Source of the DNA: Bradymonadia bacterium
Lineage (GTDB): Bacteria; Myxococcota_A; Bradymonadia; UBA7976; UBA1532
DNA: 64,000 nucleotides
Assembly: GCA_046290225.1 (NCBI GenBank)
Contig: JBKAGE010000034.1
Span: forward strand, 343,598 to 407,597
Direction: 5' to 3'
Below are positions 45,175-54,757 of the stretch, in pieces (the first letter of the stretch is position 1; every line of letters starts with the position of its first letter). The translations under genes and the position numbers were made by a program. The notes beneath the pieces are model-generated. The model saw nothing but the letters and a program-made list of their open reading frames with translations. It was not told where the DNA came from and did no database searches.

Positions 45175-46283
45175 TCGTCGTCCGCGCCGCCCTTGAGCCG
45201 CTGAGCCACGCGCACGCGCTGACGGGCCTTGTAGAGATCGTGACGGTTCTCACCGGCTTCGTTCGCCGCCGCCGTGGCCTGATCACACAGCTGAAACTCC
45301 ACCAACATGAAGACCACCACCCCGTGCTCGGGGTTCACCGGCACGTTGTAGCGCGCGAGCAGATCATCCACTCGGATCGGCAGGTCGACGACGAAGTTGA
45401 TGATCTTGAAGGAGTGCCCGCTGAAGTGGTTCACCGGCGCCGCCGTCGCCGAGCGGGGCAGCGGGCCCTGAGCTTCGGGGAACTGCATCACCTTGAGGAA
45501 CCGCTTCATCTGCGGATCGGCGGCGATGGTCCGGTGCAGGTCGATGAGGCCATTTCGAGAGGCCCCAGGCACCACATAGTTGAAGGGGAACAGCTCGGTG
45601 CTCAAGTAGACCAGGGCTTCGAAGAGATCGTCGAGGCTGTCGGTGATCACCCTGAACCGGATGCGATCGTGCAGCTGCACCGCGTGGCTCTCGGACTGCA
45701 CGAGCAGCTTGGTGATCATCGAGTCTACGGTCTTGCGACTGCCGGCGAACTCGGCGACCCGCACACCTCGGGCCTTGAGGCCGTCGAGGGCGGTGAAGAC
45801 CTTGTTCTCGATGCGTTGGTACAGCTCTGCAGCGGAGACTGGCAGGGTGAACAACAGCTCCCTGCCCTGCAGATGATGGAACACGTGCATGACCTTGAGG
45901 ATCCGGCACGCCTGCCTCTGGGCAGGGCTGTCCGGGCCGCTGGCCATCAAAAACAGGCCCTTGACGTTCTCCAGCTGGGTGAGAGCCGCGGTGAGATCGA
46001 ACTCGAAGTAGCGATCGAGGTACTCGACGGCCTGGGTAAAGATGTGGCCCACCCGCTGTTGATCGATGGGATCACCCGGGTCGAACCCCTGCAGTCTCAG
46101 CAAGCGGTCCACCTCGGCCTCGCTGCGCAGCGAAAGCCGGCGCCAGTCCACCACGGAGTTGCCTTCGAGGAGCAATCTGAGTTGCTCGAGCTCTTGTAAC
46201 CCGGTGCTCAAGAGGCCATGCTCTTCGAAGCTCGCGTTCAGGTGCACTTCGAAATCTGCGGGGCCCTCTTCAACCTGGGTCAT
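45165..46283 (-). CDS. RelA/SpoT (nucleotidyltransferase, alarmone-synthetase-like) domain protein with an unknown ~170-aa N-terminal domain
   Basis: motifs aligned with small alarmone synthetases: GSRKTVDSMITKL (G-R-x-K), DRIRFRVIT (D..G.R.I), SGHSFKIINFVV (SGYRS.H), VVFMLVEFQLCD...HDLYK (EIQIRT...YK); RT is replaced by CD. Confidence 0.55.
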   Translation of the reverse strand: MTQVEEGPADFEVHLNASFEEHGLLSTGLQELEQLRLLLEGNSVVDWRRLSLRSEAEVDRLLRLQGFDPGDPIDQQRVGHIFTQAVEYLDRYFEFDLTAALTQLENVKGLFLMASGPDSPAQRQACRILKVMHVFHHLQGRELLFTLPVSAAELYQRIENKVFTALDGLKARGVRVAEFAGSRKTVDSMITKLLVQSESHAVQLHDRIRFRVITDSLDDLFEALVYLSTELFPFNYVVPGASRNGLIDLHRTIAADPQMKRFLKVMQFPEAQGPLPRSATAAPVNHFSGHSFKIINFVVDLPIRVDDLLARYNVPVNPEHGVVVFMLVEFQLCDQATAAANEAGENRHDLYKARQRVRVAQRLKGGADDDQG

Positions 46284-46342
46284 CGTTCACTCGCGCTGTG
46301 GGGACTGGGAAGGCGTTAACCTCGACCACAACGCCAGGAATT

Positions 46343-46501
46343 TCAACCCCTGGAAGTTCCGCGGTCGATGCCCAGTGTACCACCGAGCAGAGCAACGCTG
46401 GTGGCCATGATGGCCAGGTTGCCCAGAACGATGGCAGCGGGGGTGCCCGCGACGACGGCGGTGAGTGCCCCTGCCCCACCGAAAATGGCCAATGCCTTCA
46501 T
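46343..46501 (-). CDS. unannotated 52-aa Gly/Ala-rich hydrophobic membrane peptide (not in the ORF track, which has a 60-aa cut-off)
   Basis: AGGAGG RBS 6 nt upstream of ATG; translation MKALAIFGGAGALTAVVAGTPAAIVLGNLAIMATSVALLGGTLGIDRGTSRG; 60 nt upstream of, and co-oriented with, the RelA/SpoT-domain gene. Confidence 0.5.
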   Translation of the reverse strand: MKALAIFGGAGALTAVVAGTPAAIVLGNLAIMATSVALLGGTLGIDRGTSRG

Positions 46502-46630
46502 GTTTGCCCTCCTGAAAACGACTTACACCTACAACAGAACACCTGAAACCACCTTGTCCCCTTATGGTGCGGGCGTCAAAAAAATCGCCGACCCCTTGGA
46601 ACGACGTGTGTGTTCGCCGAGAGCCCTTTG

Positions 46631-47935
46631 ATGTCGCAGATTCTCACCGAGCCCCCCTGGGCCACCCGCGCCCTGAGCAATGGACTCACTGCCGTGGCGG
46701 TACAGCGCCCTGGCGCCCGCAGCGCCCACTTGAACGTGGCGGTCCGTCTGGGGGTGCGCTTCGAAGCTCCAGAAGACAACGGACTGTCGCACTTTCTCGA
46801 GCACGCCTTGTTCCTGGGCTGTGAGGGCTACCCGAACGCCGACGCGGTGAACGAGGCCGCGGAGCGGATGGGGGAAGTCATCGAGGCGTCCACAGGCCGT
46901 GACACAGTGCAGTTCGAGCACACTCTGGCCCCAAGCCGACTGAGGGCGGGGCTCGATCTCATGGCGGCCATGCTCACGGCGCCCCGGTTCGAAGGCCTCG
47001 AGCCCGAGCGGGCCATCATCCTCGAAGAAGCCCTGGACGAGCTCGACGATCGTGGTCGGCTCATCGACGCCGACACGCTGTCACGCATGGATCTCTGGCC
47101 AGGGATCTCCATGGGCCAGCGCATCATCGGCCCGGAGTCGAACATCGAGCGCTTCGATCTCGATGATCTCCACCGGATGCATCGCCGCCACTTCCAGGGG
47201 CCGAACATGGTGGTGACTGTGGTGGCCGACGCGGATCCGCAGATCCTGCTCGACGACATCGAGGCGGCCTTCTCGAAATTGCCCGGCGGCGACGCCCGCG
47301 CGCTCACGCCTCTGCCCGAATTCGCCGCGGGTCCCCTCCTCCGTCAGGTCCCGGACAGTGGTAGCCAAGTGGAATGCCGCCTGGCCTTTCGCACCCCAGG
47401 CTTTAGACACCCCGACGCGCCGATCATCGACATGATCAAGCGCATCCTCGATGACGGCATGGCAAGTCGGATCCAGAGGCGTCTGGGCAATGACCTGGGC
47501 CTGGCGTACGACCAGTGGGCCGCCTGGGATCGATACCCTGACACCGGGGCCTTCGAGATCGGCGCCACGGTGAGCCCGGGCAAGGCGATCACCCTCGTGA
47601 AGGAAGCTTACGCCCTGCTGGAGGGCCTCGTGACTGATCCACCCGACGATGCCGAGCTGTCACGGGTGCGGTTCAGAGCCCAGTGGGCGGCGGAGACCGG
47701 CGGTGAGCACGGGGAAGTCCTCGCAGCGCGGTACGGCACTCGACGTCTCTACTGGCCCGACGCCCGGCCAGTGGCCGAGCGCCTCGCGGCTCAACTCGAT
47801 GTCAGTGCCGAAGACATCGCCCGGGTGGCGGCTTCGCTCTTTCAGGGCAAAAACCACGTGGCCTGTGTGGTGGGCGATCTGAGCCGCCCCGCTGGGCGCA
47901 CGCTCGAACGCACGGTGGCCGCCTTTGGCCGCTGA
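46631..47935 (+). CDS. M16-family zinc peptidase (pitrilysin/insulinase-like)
   Basis: inverted zinc motif HFLEH ... E; overall M16 two-domain length; start ATG 46631 (a GTG at 46610 is also possible). Confidence 0.75.
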   Translation: MSQILTEPPWATRALSNGLTAVAVQRPGARSAHLNVAVRLGVRFEAPEDNGLSHFLEHALFLGCEGYPNADAVNEAAERMGEVIEASTGRDTVQFEHTLAPSRLRAGLDLMAAMLTAPRFEGLEPERAIILEEALDELDDRGRLIDADTLSRMDLWPGISMGQRIIGPESNIERFDLDDLHRMHRRHFQGPNMVVTVVADADPQILLDDIEAAFSKLPGGDARALTPLPEFAAGPLLRQVPDSGSQVECRLAFRTPGFRHPDAPIIDMIKRILDDGMASRIQRRLGNDLGLAYDQWAAWDRYPDTGAFEIGATVSPGKAITLVKEAYALLEGLVTDPPDDAELSRVRFRAQWAAETGGEHGEVLAARYGTRRLYWPDARPVAERLAAQLDVSAEDIARVAASLFQGKNHVACVVGDLSRPAGRTLERTVAAFGR

Positions 47936-48099
47936 CGATGGGCTCGGGCCACATCAGCGTCTCGTTTCGCTTGGCGAAGCATGATTCACCGACGCCTGTG
48001 AGCGGAGCTGAATCGACATCTGCACAAAAAAACCTGTCGTGGCTCTGCCCGCGTCGTCGCCTCTGCAGTTGAAACACCACTCAACTCGAGGAGACGATC

Positions 48100-48945
48100 A
48101 TGCACCACTTCACCCTGCTCACCACCCGCACCTGCCTCATCGCTCTGTTGGCCTCTCTGACCCTCACGGGCTGCCCCACGGGTGACGATGGTCCTGCTCC
48201 GGAGGACCAGGCTGACATGTCTGGTGAAACAGGGGGCGCCGAAGCGCCCTCTGAGAACCCTGACGGTCGAGCACCTGCAGACGGCCTCGACGAAGCCCCT
48301 GCTCAGAGCGAAGTCGACGTTCTCGACCCAGAGGGGATCTCCGCCGATGACCTCACGAGGCCCGGCCCTGAAGAGGAAAGCCCTGAAGAAGAGAGTCCTG
48401 ACGTCGAAGCTGATCCTGAAGAAGGTCCTCAAGCAAGCGAGACTCCAGAACGCGACCCTCAGGCAGGGACGCCGCGGGAGGAAGTCGATCCCCTGGCCTG
48501 TGATCAGGCCTGTGCCGACGAAGCTCAGGCGTACTACACCGACTGCATCGGCTGGGGCTTCTCAGAAGAGGTCTGCAGCGCCCGGGCTGGCTCCATGGCT
48601 CGACAGTGCATCGTCGATCAATGTCGGGACGACGAAGAGGTAGAGGAGACGCCCGAAGAAGCTGATTACGAGGCCTGTATGGATCGCTGCACTGACCGAG
48701 GCGGCTCTGCCCGCCAGTGCCATGAGATTTGCACCGAGCCTTTGGAGCGCGAGATGGCCGACCCTCGCGAAGACGAGGAGGACGGCCCCACCTGCGCCGA
48801 GACCTGTGAGGCCGAGGCCCTCGAGGTCTACGAGGCCTGTATGGATCGCCACGATGACGAGCAGGGTTGTCGGGATCGCGCTCGGCGGACTCAGCAGCGA
48901 TGCGTCGCCGAAGAGTGCACTGAGCGGGTGATCATCGCCGAGTGA
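48100..48945 (+). CDS. acidic Cys-rich lipoprotein, function unknown
   Basis: lipobox LTLTGC; about 35% Asp/Glu; repeated C-x-D/E-x-C-x...C pattern in the C-terminal half. Confidence 0.55.
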   Translation: MHHFTLLTTRTCLIALLASLTLTGCPTGDDGPAPEDQADMSGETGGAEAPSENPDGRAPADGLDEAPAQSEVDVLDPEGISADDLTRPGPEEESPEEESPDVEADPEEGPQASETPERDPQAGTPREEVDPLACDQACADEAQAYYTDCIGWGFSEEVCSARAGSMARQCIVDQCRDDEEVEETPEEADYEACMDRCTDRGGSARQCHEICTEPLEREMADPREDEEDGPTCAETCEAEALEVYEACMDRHDDEQGCRDRARRTQQRCVAEECTERVIIAE

Positions 48946-48954
48946 CACCCCAGG

Positions 48955-49617
48955 TTATGGCCCCAGGCCTACCCAGACCGACCCGTCCGCACGGATCTCC
49001 TTCTTGAAGATGGGCACGTCTTCTTTGAGCCGGTCGATGATGAACTGACAGGCCGCAAAGGCCTCACGCCGGTGCGGTGTGCTCACCGACACCACCACTG
49101 CAGCTTCACCCACGGGCAAGACACCCAGCCGATGATGCAGGGCGATGCGGGCGCCGGGCCACTGCCCCAGGGCCTCTTCACAAATGCCTTGCATCACCTT
49201 CACCGCCATGGGGCGGTAGGCCTCGTACTCCAGCCGCACCACCTGATGCTCGCCGGTGTGATCGCGCACACGGCCAGTGAACGTCACCAGACCTCCACGA
49301 TCGGGGGCATTCACGAGGTGCTCTACGCCTTGTGGATCGAGCGGCTCGTCCGTGAGCAGGACCTCGGGGCGGCCTCCAGAGACCGGTGGAATCATGGCCA
49401 CAGTGGCCTCGGCAGAGAGCCTCTGCTGATGGTCGAGGACAAAGGCCTCGTCCACCGCCCACCTCACGTGAGGGTGCAACGGCGCCAATGCAGGGTGCCG
49501 GGCATAGATCGACTCGATGAGCTCCGCGAGCGTAGCGCCCTCGGCGAGGGTGTAGGCCTCCTCGTCGAGGCCAGCCCGCTCCCGGGCGATGGCGAAGTAG
49601 AGCACGGTGATGGCCAT
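48955..49617 (-). CDS. moaDE: molybdopterin synthase MoaD-MoaE fusion protein
   Basis: MoaD-like N-terminus ending in PPVSGG (Gly-Gly); MoaE-like C-terminal part (VTFTGRVRD...LEYEAY...VVSVSTPHRREAFAACQFIID); start at internal Met (MAITVLYF). Confidence 0.7.
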   Translation of the reverse strand: MAITVLYFAIARERAGLDEEAYTLAEGATLAELIESIYARHPALAPLHPHVRWAVDEAFVLDHQQRLSAEATVAMIPPVSGGRPEVLLTDEPLDPQGVEHLVNAPDRGGLVTFTGRVRDHTGEHQVVRLEYEAYRPMAVKVMQGICEEALGQWPGARIALHHRLGVLPVGEAAVVVSVSTPHRREAFAACQFIIDRLKEDVPIFKKEIRADGSVWVGLGP

Positions 49618-49766
49618 GAAGCGCCTTCCTGGACGAGATCGCTTGAGCGAGACGAGCGCAGAAGGGTAAGAGTATCCGCTGGCCGCCAGCAACCCGCTTT
49701 GATGTCTCCACCATCGCGAGGGCATGTCGGCCCACCGATTTTCATCCACGCCCCAGGAGCCCTGCT

Positions 49767-52529
49767 TTGAGCTCGACCCTGAAACGCCTCCACCTTTATG
49801 CCCTCTGTGCCTTGTCCCCAGCTGCCTTCACTGCCTGTGACGACGGTGGCGGAAGTGGAGATCCCGGAGAGGCGGCGGACATGGCTGTGGGTGGAGCTGT
49901 GGGTGGAGCCGGTGGTGGCGCTGGCGGCGCCGGCGGCACCATGCGCGTGGGCAAGCTGCCCTGTGATGGCAGTGCCACAGGTACGGTGGGCGCCGACGGC
50001 CTTCAGCTCACGGTGGATGAAGGGGCGCTCTCCGGTGCACAGCTCAACATCCCCGAAGGGGCACTGCCCGAGGGCACCGAGATCACCTTAGGGTGTGGTG
50101 AGCAGGCGCTGCTCCGCGAGGGCTACACCCCCTTGGGGCCCAGCATCTCCATCACCACGCCAGAGCCGGGGCTGCTCACGGGCCACGCCGACATCACCCT
50201 GGTCTTCGCCCCCGAGGATCGCCCCGAGCGCATCAAGGGGCGCCATGTGCGGCTGTTCTGGCAGCCCGACAACTACCCCTACATCGCCGAGCCGCCGGTG
50301 ATGAACCCCAAGGCCGATCTTGAGGGGGGCACCTTCTCGCTGCGCACGCCCGGTCTCGGTCAGTTCCAGCTGGGCTACGACGAGGTGGCCGGTACCCCGG
50401 AGACCTTCGAGTTCACCTTCCGGGCCATTGGCGGCATCAGCATGGGCGGCGCCGGCTCGGCCTACATGGGCACCCGCTACGGCGACGTCTTCGATACGGT
50501 GCTGCCTCTCGGCGGGCCCACGGACTGGCGTTACCTGCTCTGGTACATCAGCGAGCGCCTGCTCGGCGGCTTCTGCGCCCATGATCAGGGAGACGGCCTC
50601 GGTGCCTGGTGTGGCCCCCCCGGACCTTCTGATCCCTTGGAGCACGACGGCGTGTCGATGCTCAACTGGTACTTTGATGACTCTGGGGGCTCCTTCGATC
50701 GCGACTCCTACCTGAGCATCTTCCACGATCTGGCCTACGCCTACGGGAACCCGATCCTGTACAACCCGGCGAGCCCCTACTTGCCTCCGGGCATGCCCGA
50801 AGAGTGGCTCAAGCTGCCCAACGAAGTCCGCTGCGCCCCAGAGTGTCGTGGTGACGATTGCCCCCCAGTCGATCTGCCCTTCTCCATCCCCGACGGGTTC
50901 TACGACGACGAGTTCAACCCCGACGGCACGCTCCCGGTCATCCCCTTCTGCGATGGTGAGGATGGTGAGCCTCTGGGCTTCTTCGACGGCGAGGCGGCCC
51001 ACAACGAGCCCGTCGAAGTGACCTATGCGGTGGACCTCAACGGCAACGGCCGCCGAGACGAGTTCGAGCCGGTGATCCGCAATCTGTCGGAGCCCTATGA
51101 AGATGTCGGCTGTGATGGGATCCCCAGCACCGAAGAGGCGGGCTACGATCCGGTGAGCAACCCTGATCCCGCCGGCGACGACTACCACTGGTACCGGAAC
51201 CCCACAGGCACCGAGAACAGCTGGCTGTACGACGACTGTGGCGATGAAGGCGCCGAGCCCTACGAAGACGTGGGCCTCGACGGGGTGCCCGACACGCCGA
51301 GCTTCGACGAGGGCGGCTACGACTGGGGCCAGGGCAATGGGGTCTTCGACTACAACCCCAACGTGGCCCGTATGCTCGAGCGCAACCCCGCGGCGCAGTA
51401 TCAGGCCCTGCCCGACCAGGAACGCCGCCGCATGCGCTTCTGGAACGATGGCGGTATCCGCGACATCTTCAACCTCGGCGTGGCCCACAGCCACTTCATG
51501 GGTCAGGTGCAGTCCACCGGTGAGAATGTGCGCATCTACGAAGGGTTCCCTGCCCTGCTGCCCACCGACGCCGAGACCTACACCCCCTCGGATGACTTGC
51601 CTGATCCCTTCGGTGACGCCGGCACTCACGTACTGATCCGCTACGGCAACCCCGACGCCACCCCTGCCGAGCTCGAAGAGGGCGACGGGAAGCACGTGGG
51701 CAGCGTGGCCGAGGCCCTCAACCGCTTCATCACCATGCTCGACTGGCTGCATCATCGCTGGCCTGACGGCAACTTCGACCGCGTCCGTGGCCTCGCCCGT
51801 GACGACGACCTGGTCTTCTTCGACTCCGAGCGCCTCGGGAAGCAGTACCGCTTCTCCATCAGCCTGCCCGCAGGATACTTCGCCGAGGAGAACGCCGATG
51901 TGCGCTACCCGGTCATGGTCCTGATGCACGGCTATGGCCAGTCCCCTGGTGATCTCGATATTGCAGGGCTGCTGGCTTCGACCAACGCCGCCCGGGGCCT
52001 GTGGCAGAAGTCGATTCTGCTGTACCCCGAGGGCTTCTGCGGCAAGGCCAGCCAGTATCAGTGCAATGACGGGGTGGACAACGACGGTGACGGTTTCGTG
52101 GACTCGGGGAACGACATCGCTCTCCGGGTGGCCTGTGAAGGTGATGACGACTGCAGCCGGGACTACACCTGCCGCAACGACTTCTGTTGCCCACCCGACT
52201 GGCCTGATTGTGGTCCGCCTGATCCGGAGTGTGGCGACAACAGCGAGGGCCGCAGCGAGGCCGGTGATCCCGAGATGGTGCTCTGCGCTGACGGGGTGGA
52301 CAACGATCTCGACGGCTTGATCGACCTCGACGACGCCGGGTGCATGGGCCTGACCACGCTGGACACAGAGGAAGACTGCAAACGGGGCAACTTCTACACC
52401 GACCACCCCTCGGCGAAAGATGGCTCCACCCCCGGGCCTGACTATGAGGGCGCCGTGCTCGACATGCTGGAGTACGTCGACGAGAACTACCGCACCCGCG
52501 CCCCGGAGACCCTCACCATCGTTCGATGA
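49767..52529 (+). CDS. large secreted lipoprotein with esterase-like alpha/beta-hydrolase segments, Asp-rich calcium-binding-type repeats and Cys-rich CxDGVDNDxDG repeats
   Basis: lipobox SPAAFTAC; GxSxG (GISMGGAGS) and later MVLMHGYGQSPGD block; D-rich repeats (DVGCDGIPSTEE, DVGLDGVPDTPSFDEGGYDWG); CNDGVDNDGDGFVD and CADGVDNDLDGLID. Confidence 0.65.
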   Translation: MSSTLKRLHLYALCALSPAAFTACDDGGGSGDPGEAADMAVGGAVGGAGGGAGGAGGTMRVGKLPCDGSATGTVGADGLQLTVDEGALSGAQLNIPEGALPEGTEITLGCGEQALLREGYTPLGPSISITTPEPGLLTGHADITLVFAPEDRPERIKGRHVRLFWQPDNYPYIAEPPVMNPKADLEGGTFSLRTPGLGQFQLGYDEVAGTPETFEFTFRAIGGISMGGAGSAYMGTRYGDVFDTVLPLGGPTDWRYLLWYISERLLGGFCAHDQGDGLGAWCGPPGPSDPLEHDGVSMLNWYFDDSGGSFDRDSYLSIFHDLAYAYGNPILYNPASPYLPPGMPEEWLKLPNEVRCAPECRGDDCPPVDLPFSIPDGFYDDEFNPDGTLPVIPFCDGEDGEPLGFFDGEAAHNEPVEVTYAVDLNGNGRRDEFEPVIRNLSEPYEDVGCDGIPSTEEAGYDPVSNPDPAGDDYHWYRNPTGTENSWLYDDCGDEGAEPYEDVGLDGVPDTPSFDEGGYDWGQGNGVFDYNPNVARMLERNPAAQYQALPDQERRRMRFWNDGGIRDIFNLGVAHSHFMGQVQSTGENVRIYEGFPALLPTDAETYTPSDDLPDPFGDAGTHVLIRYGNPDATPAELEEGDGKHVGSVAEALNRFITMLDWLHHRWPDGNFDRVRGLARDDDLVFFDSERLGKQYRFSISLPAGYFAEENADVRYPVMVLMHGYGQSPGDLDIAGLLASTNAARGLWQKSILLYPEGFCGKASQYQCNDGVDNDGDGFVDSGNDIALRVACEGDDDCSRDYTCRNDFCCPPDWPDCGPPDPECGDNSEGRSEAGDPEMVLCADGVDNDLDGLIDLDDAGCMGLTTLDTEEDCKRGNFYTDHPSAKDGSTPGPDYEGAVLDMLEYVDENYRTRAPETLTIVR

Positions 52530-52685
52530 CACTTTTGTGCATCGAACGATGCATAAACTGGGGCTTCTTCGATCTCGCCGTGAACCCCACCGGCATCACC
52601 TTGCCACACTGGGAGAGCCGGCTCGTACCCTCAGTCGAGATGAGCGCCGGCCGGGCATTTTGACCCAGCGTTGCAGAGTGCACGA

Positions 52686-53072
52686 TCAGTGCTGAAGCTG
52701 CTGGTGAGACCAGGCGATGATCAGCTCGGCGTCCATCATGGGGGTCAATGGCTCGGGCAGAGGCATCTTGAACCCTGCCTCGGGGCGCCCTCGAGCGGCG
52801 AGACGCCAAGCCGCCTCTCGCACAGCGACGTCTTGCACAGTCTCGTCGTCCGCGAGGGCGTTGAGGTGGTGCATGAAGTTGCGCCCGTACCCTTCGAGCG
52901 GAGCCCCGCGGTCCGCCATTGCCAGCAGCCAGCCCTTGAGAGCCATGCCCGCAGCCCGGCGCGAGCCGACTCGGGCCTTGCCGAGGTTCCCCTCGGCGTA
53001 GGCGTTGTGGGCCCCCTTGATCTCCGGCTCCACTACGGCGAACCAGCCCTCTGAAGTCTCCGGTTGTGTCAC
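52686..53072 (-). CDS. hypothetical protein (GTGA-coupled to trmL)
   Basis: GTG start overlapping the trmL stop; no motif recognised; true start uncertain (track ORF extends to 53195). Confidence 0.35.
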   Translation of the reverse strand: MTQPETSEGWFAVVEPEIKGAHNAYAEGNLGKARVGSRRAAGMALKGWLLAMADRGAPLEGYGRNFMHHLNALADDETVQDVAVREAAWRLAARGRPEAGFKMPLPEPLTPMMDAELIIAWSHQQLQH

Positions 53073-53533
53073 GACGTCTGATCTCCTCGCGTGCGTCGGT
53101 TGATCTGGCCACGGGCCTCGAAGAGGGCGATGGCGGCACACTGAGCCAGATTCAAACTGCGCACGTTGGGATTCTTGAAAGGGATCCGTACACACCGCTC
53201 CGGGTGAGCGGCGATCAGCTCTTTGGGCAGCCCCACACTCTCGCGACCCAGTACCAGGGCGTCTCCAGGCTGATACTCCACCTCGTCAAAACGCTGCTCG
53301 GTGTGGGTGGTGAACAGCCAGAACCTGCCCTCTCCGAGGGCCTCTTCCACCGACTGCACCACGCTGAGTTTGATCCAAGGCCAGTAGTCGAGGCCTGCGC
53401 GCTTCAGATATTTGTCCTCGAGGCTGAAGCCGAGGGGCTCCACGAGGGTGAGCGGGGTCTCGGTGGCGGCACAGAGCCGGCCGATGCTGCCGGTGTTGGG
53501 GGGAATCTCGGGTTCGACGAGCACAATGCGCAT
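53069..53533 (-). CDS. trmL: tRNA (cytidine/uridine-2'-O)-methyltransferase TrmL (SpoU family)
   Basis: 154 aa; SPOUT motifs MRIVLVEPEIPPNTGSIGRLC...LVLGRESVGLP...IPF..N.RSLNLAQCAAIALFE. Confidence 0.85.
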   Translation of the reverse strand: MRIVLVEPEIPPNTGSIGRLCAATETPLTLVEPLGFSLEDKYLKRAGLDYWPWIKLSVVQSVEEALGEGRFWLFTTHTEQRFDEVEYQPGDALVLGRESVGLPKELIAAHPERCVRIPFKNPNVRSLNLAQCAAIALFEARGQINRRTRGDQTS

Positions 53534-53643
53534 GGCGGCCTCCTCAGTTGAAGGCCGCCATCGTGCACCCTTTGTCTTGTCTTGGCCAGCAGGGTGAGTG
53601 GCTGTGCTGTTCAGAGGTGATGTTGCTCAGGGACTGATGTTGC

Positions 53644-54525
53644 TCAGGGGCTGACGTAGCTCGCGGGCTCGCAATCCTGACCCGCAGCGTTGAGGCCGGC
53701 GATGACGTCGGCAAACTCTTCGAGGTCCATGCCCATCTCACTGGCGAGGTGCTCACTGCCACCAAGGATCCAGTGGGCGGTGTCCGCCAGCGCACCGACG
53801 GAGTACCCCGCGAGCGGGCCAGAGGCGATCTTGATGTCGGCGAAGGGCATGGTGCCGAGCTTGCCAGCCTCGTTGAGGGCGATGTTGGTCTCAAGGACCG
53901 CGAGCTCTACAGCGAGGCGGTTGGCCTCGCTGGCCCGAGGATTCTGCACCGAGTGCCGGATCGCTTCAGACTTGCCGCCAGCAGGCATGGCCTGCATGAA
54001 GGCCTCGAAGCTGGTGAATTCGAAGTTCACCCCGCGGGTGACCTTGAAGCCGTCGGGGTAAAGCATGTCGAAGTGCTCGCTGAGCACACAGGCCGCGTTC
54101 TCGTGGCTGGAGCAGCCTTCCTTGTACTCGAACTGGGTGAACGTGCAGATGTCTCCGTAGATGAGCGACGCCGGGCCGGTGTCGTCCCCGTGAGTGGGCG
54201 GCTCGGTCTCCCAGCTGGGGTACTCCTCGATGGGCGAAAAGCCGTCACCGAGCTCGCCATTGGTGAGGCGCCACTGATGCTCGAACAGCGACTCGGGCGC
54301 TGCCTCGAAGTCGGCGGCGGTGACTGTGCGCGCTGCGATCTCCCCCTCGAACTGGCCATGGTGATCGACGACTGCCTCGAGGGTGAGGCTGGTGTCCACC
54401 TGCTCTACGAGGGTGAGATCTCCTTCGGGGTAGAGGCCGACGAGCTCTTCGTCATTGGCCTCGCCACAGGCAGTGAAGGTCAGGGCGGCGGCGCAGACGA
54501 GCAAATTGGTGTTCAGAGTGTTCAT
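53644..54525 (-). CDS. lipoprotein, function unknown
   Basis: signal peptide with lipobox MNTLNTNLLVCAAALTFTAC; start at internal Met. Confidence 0.5.
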   Translation of the reverse strand: MNTLNTNLLVCAAALTFTACGEANDEELVGLYPEGDLTLVEQVDTSLTLEAVVDHHGQFEGEIAARTVTAADFEAAPESLFEHQWRLTNGELGDGFSPIEEYPSWETEPPTHGDDTGPASLIYGDICTFTQFEYKEGCSSHENAACVLSEHFDMLYPDGFKVTRGVNFEFTSFEAFMQAMPAGGKSEAIRHSVQNPRASEANRLAVELAVLETNIALNEAGKLGTMPFADIKIASGPLAGYSVGALADTAHWILGGSEHLASEMGMDLEEFADVIAGLNAAGQDCEPASYVSP

Positions 54526-54757
54526 GATGTTCACCTTGATTTTGGGGTTGGTCTTCGCGGCCGTCTCAACCCACGACCGCTCCATGCATCCCCATCAACG
54601 GCAGAACGAGTAGAACCTTAAGAAGGCAAACCCTAGAAACCCTGGAGGCGGGTCTTTGAACACCCATGGGCATTAGAGGCAAGCCAGTGCTTCTTCATTC
54701 GAGTCATCTTGGAGTGACCGAATCTGCACCGGAAATGTGTCAGAGGAAGTTGGCGGG

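Noticed and set aside
45240-46199. 319-aa plus-strand ORF
   Set aside because: Antisense to the RelA/SpoT-domain gene, which has alignable synthetase motifs.
50088-52532. 814-aa minus-strand ORF
   Set aside because: Antisense to the large esterase-like lipoprotein with signal peptide, GxSxG and repeat motifs.
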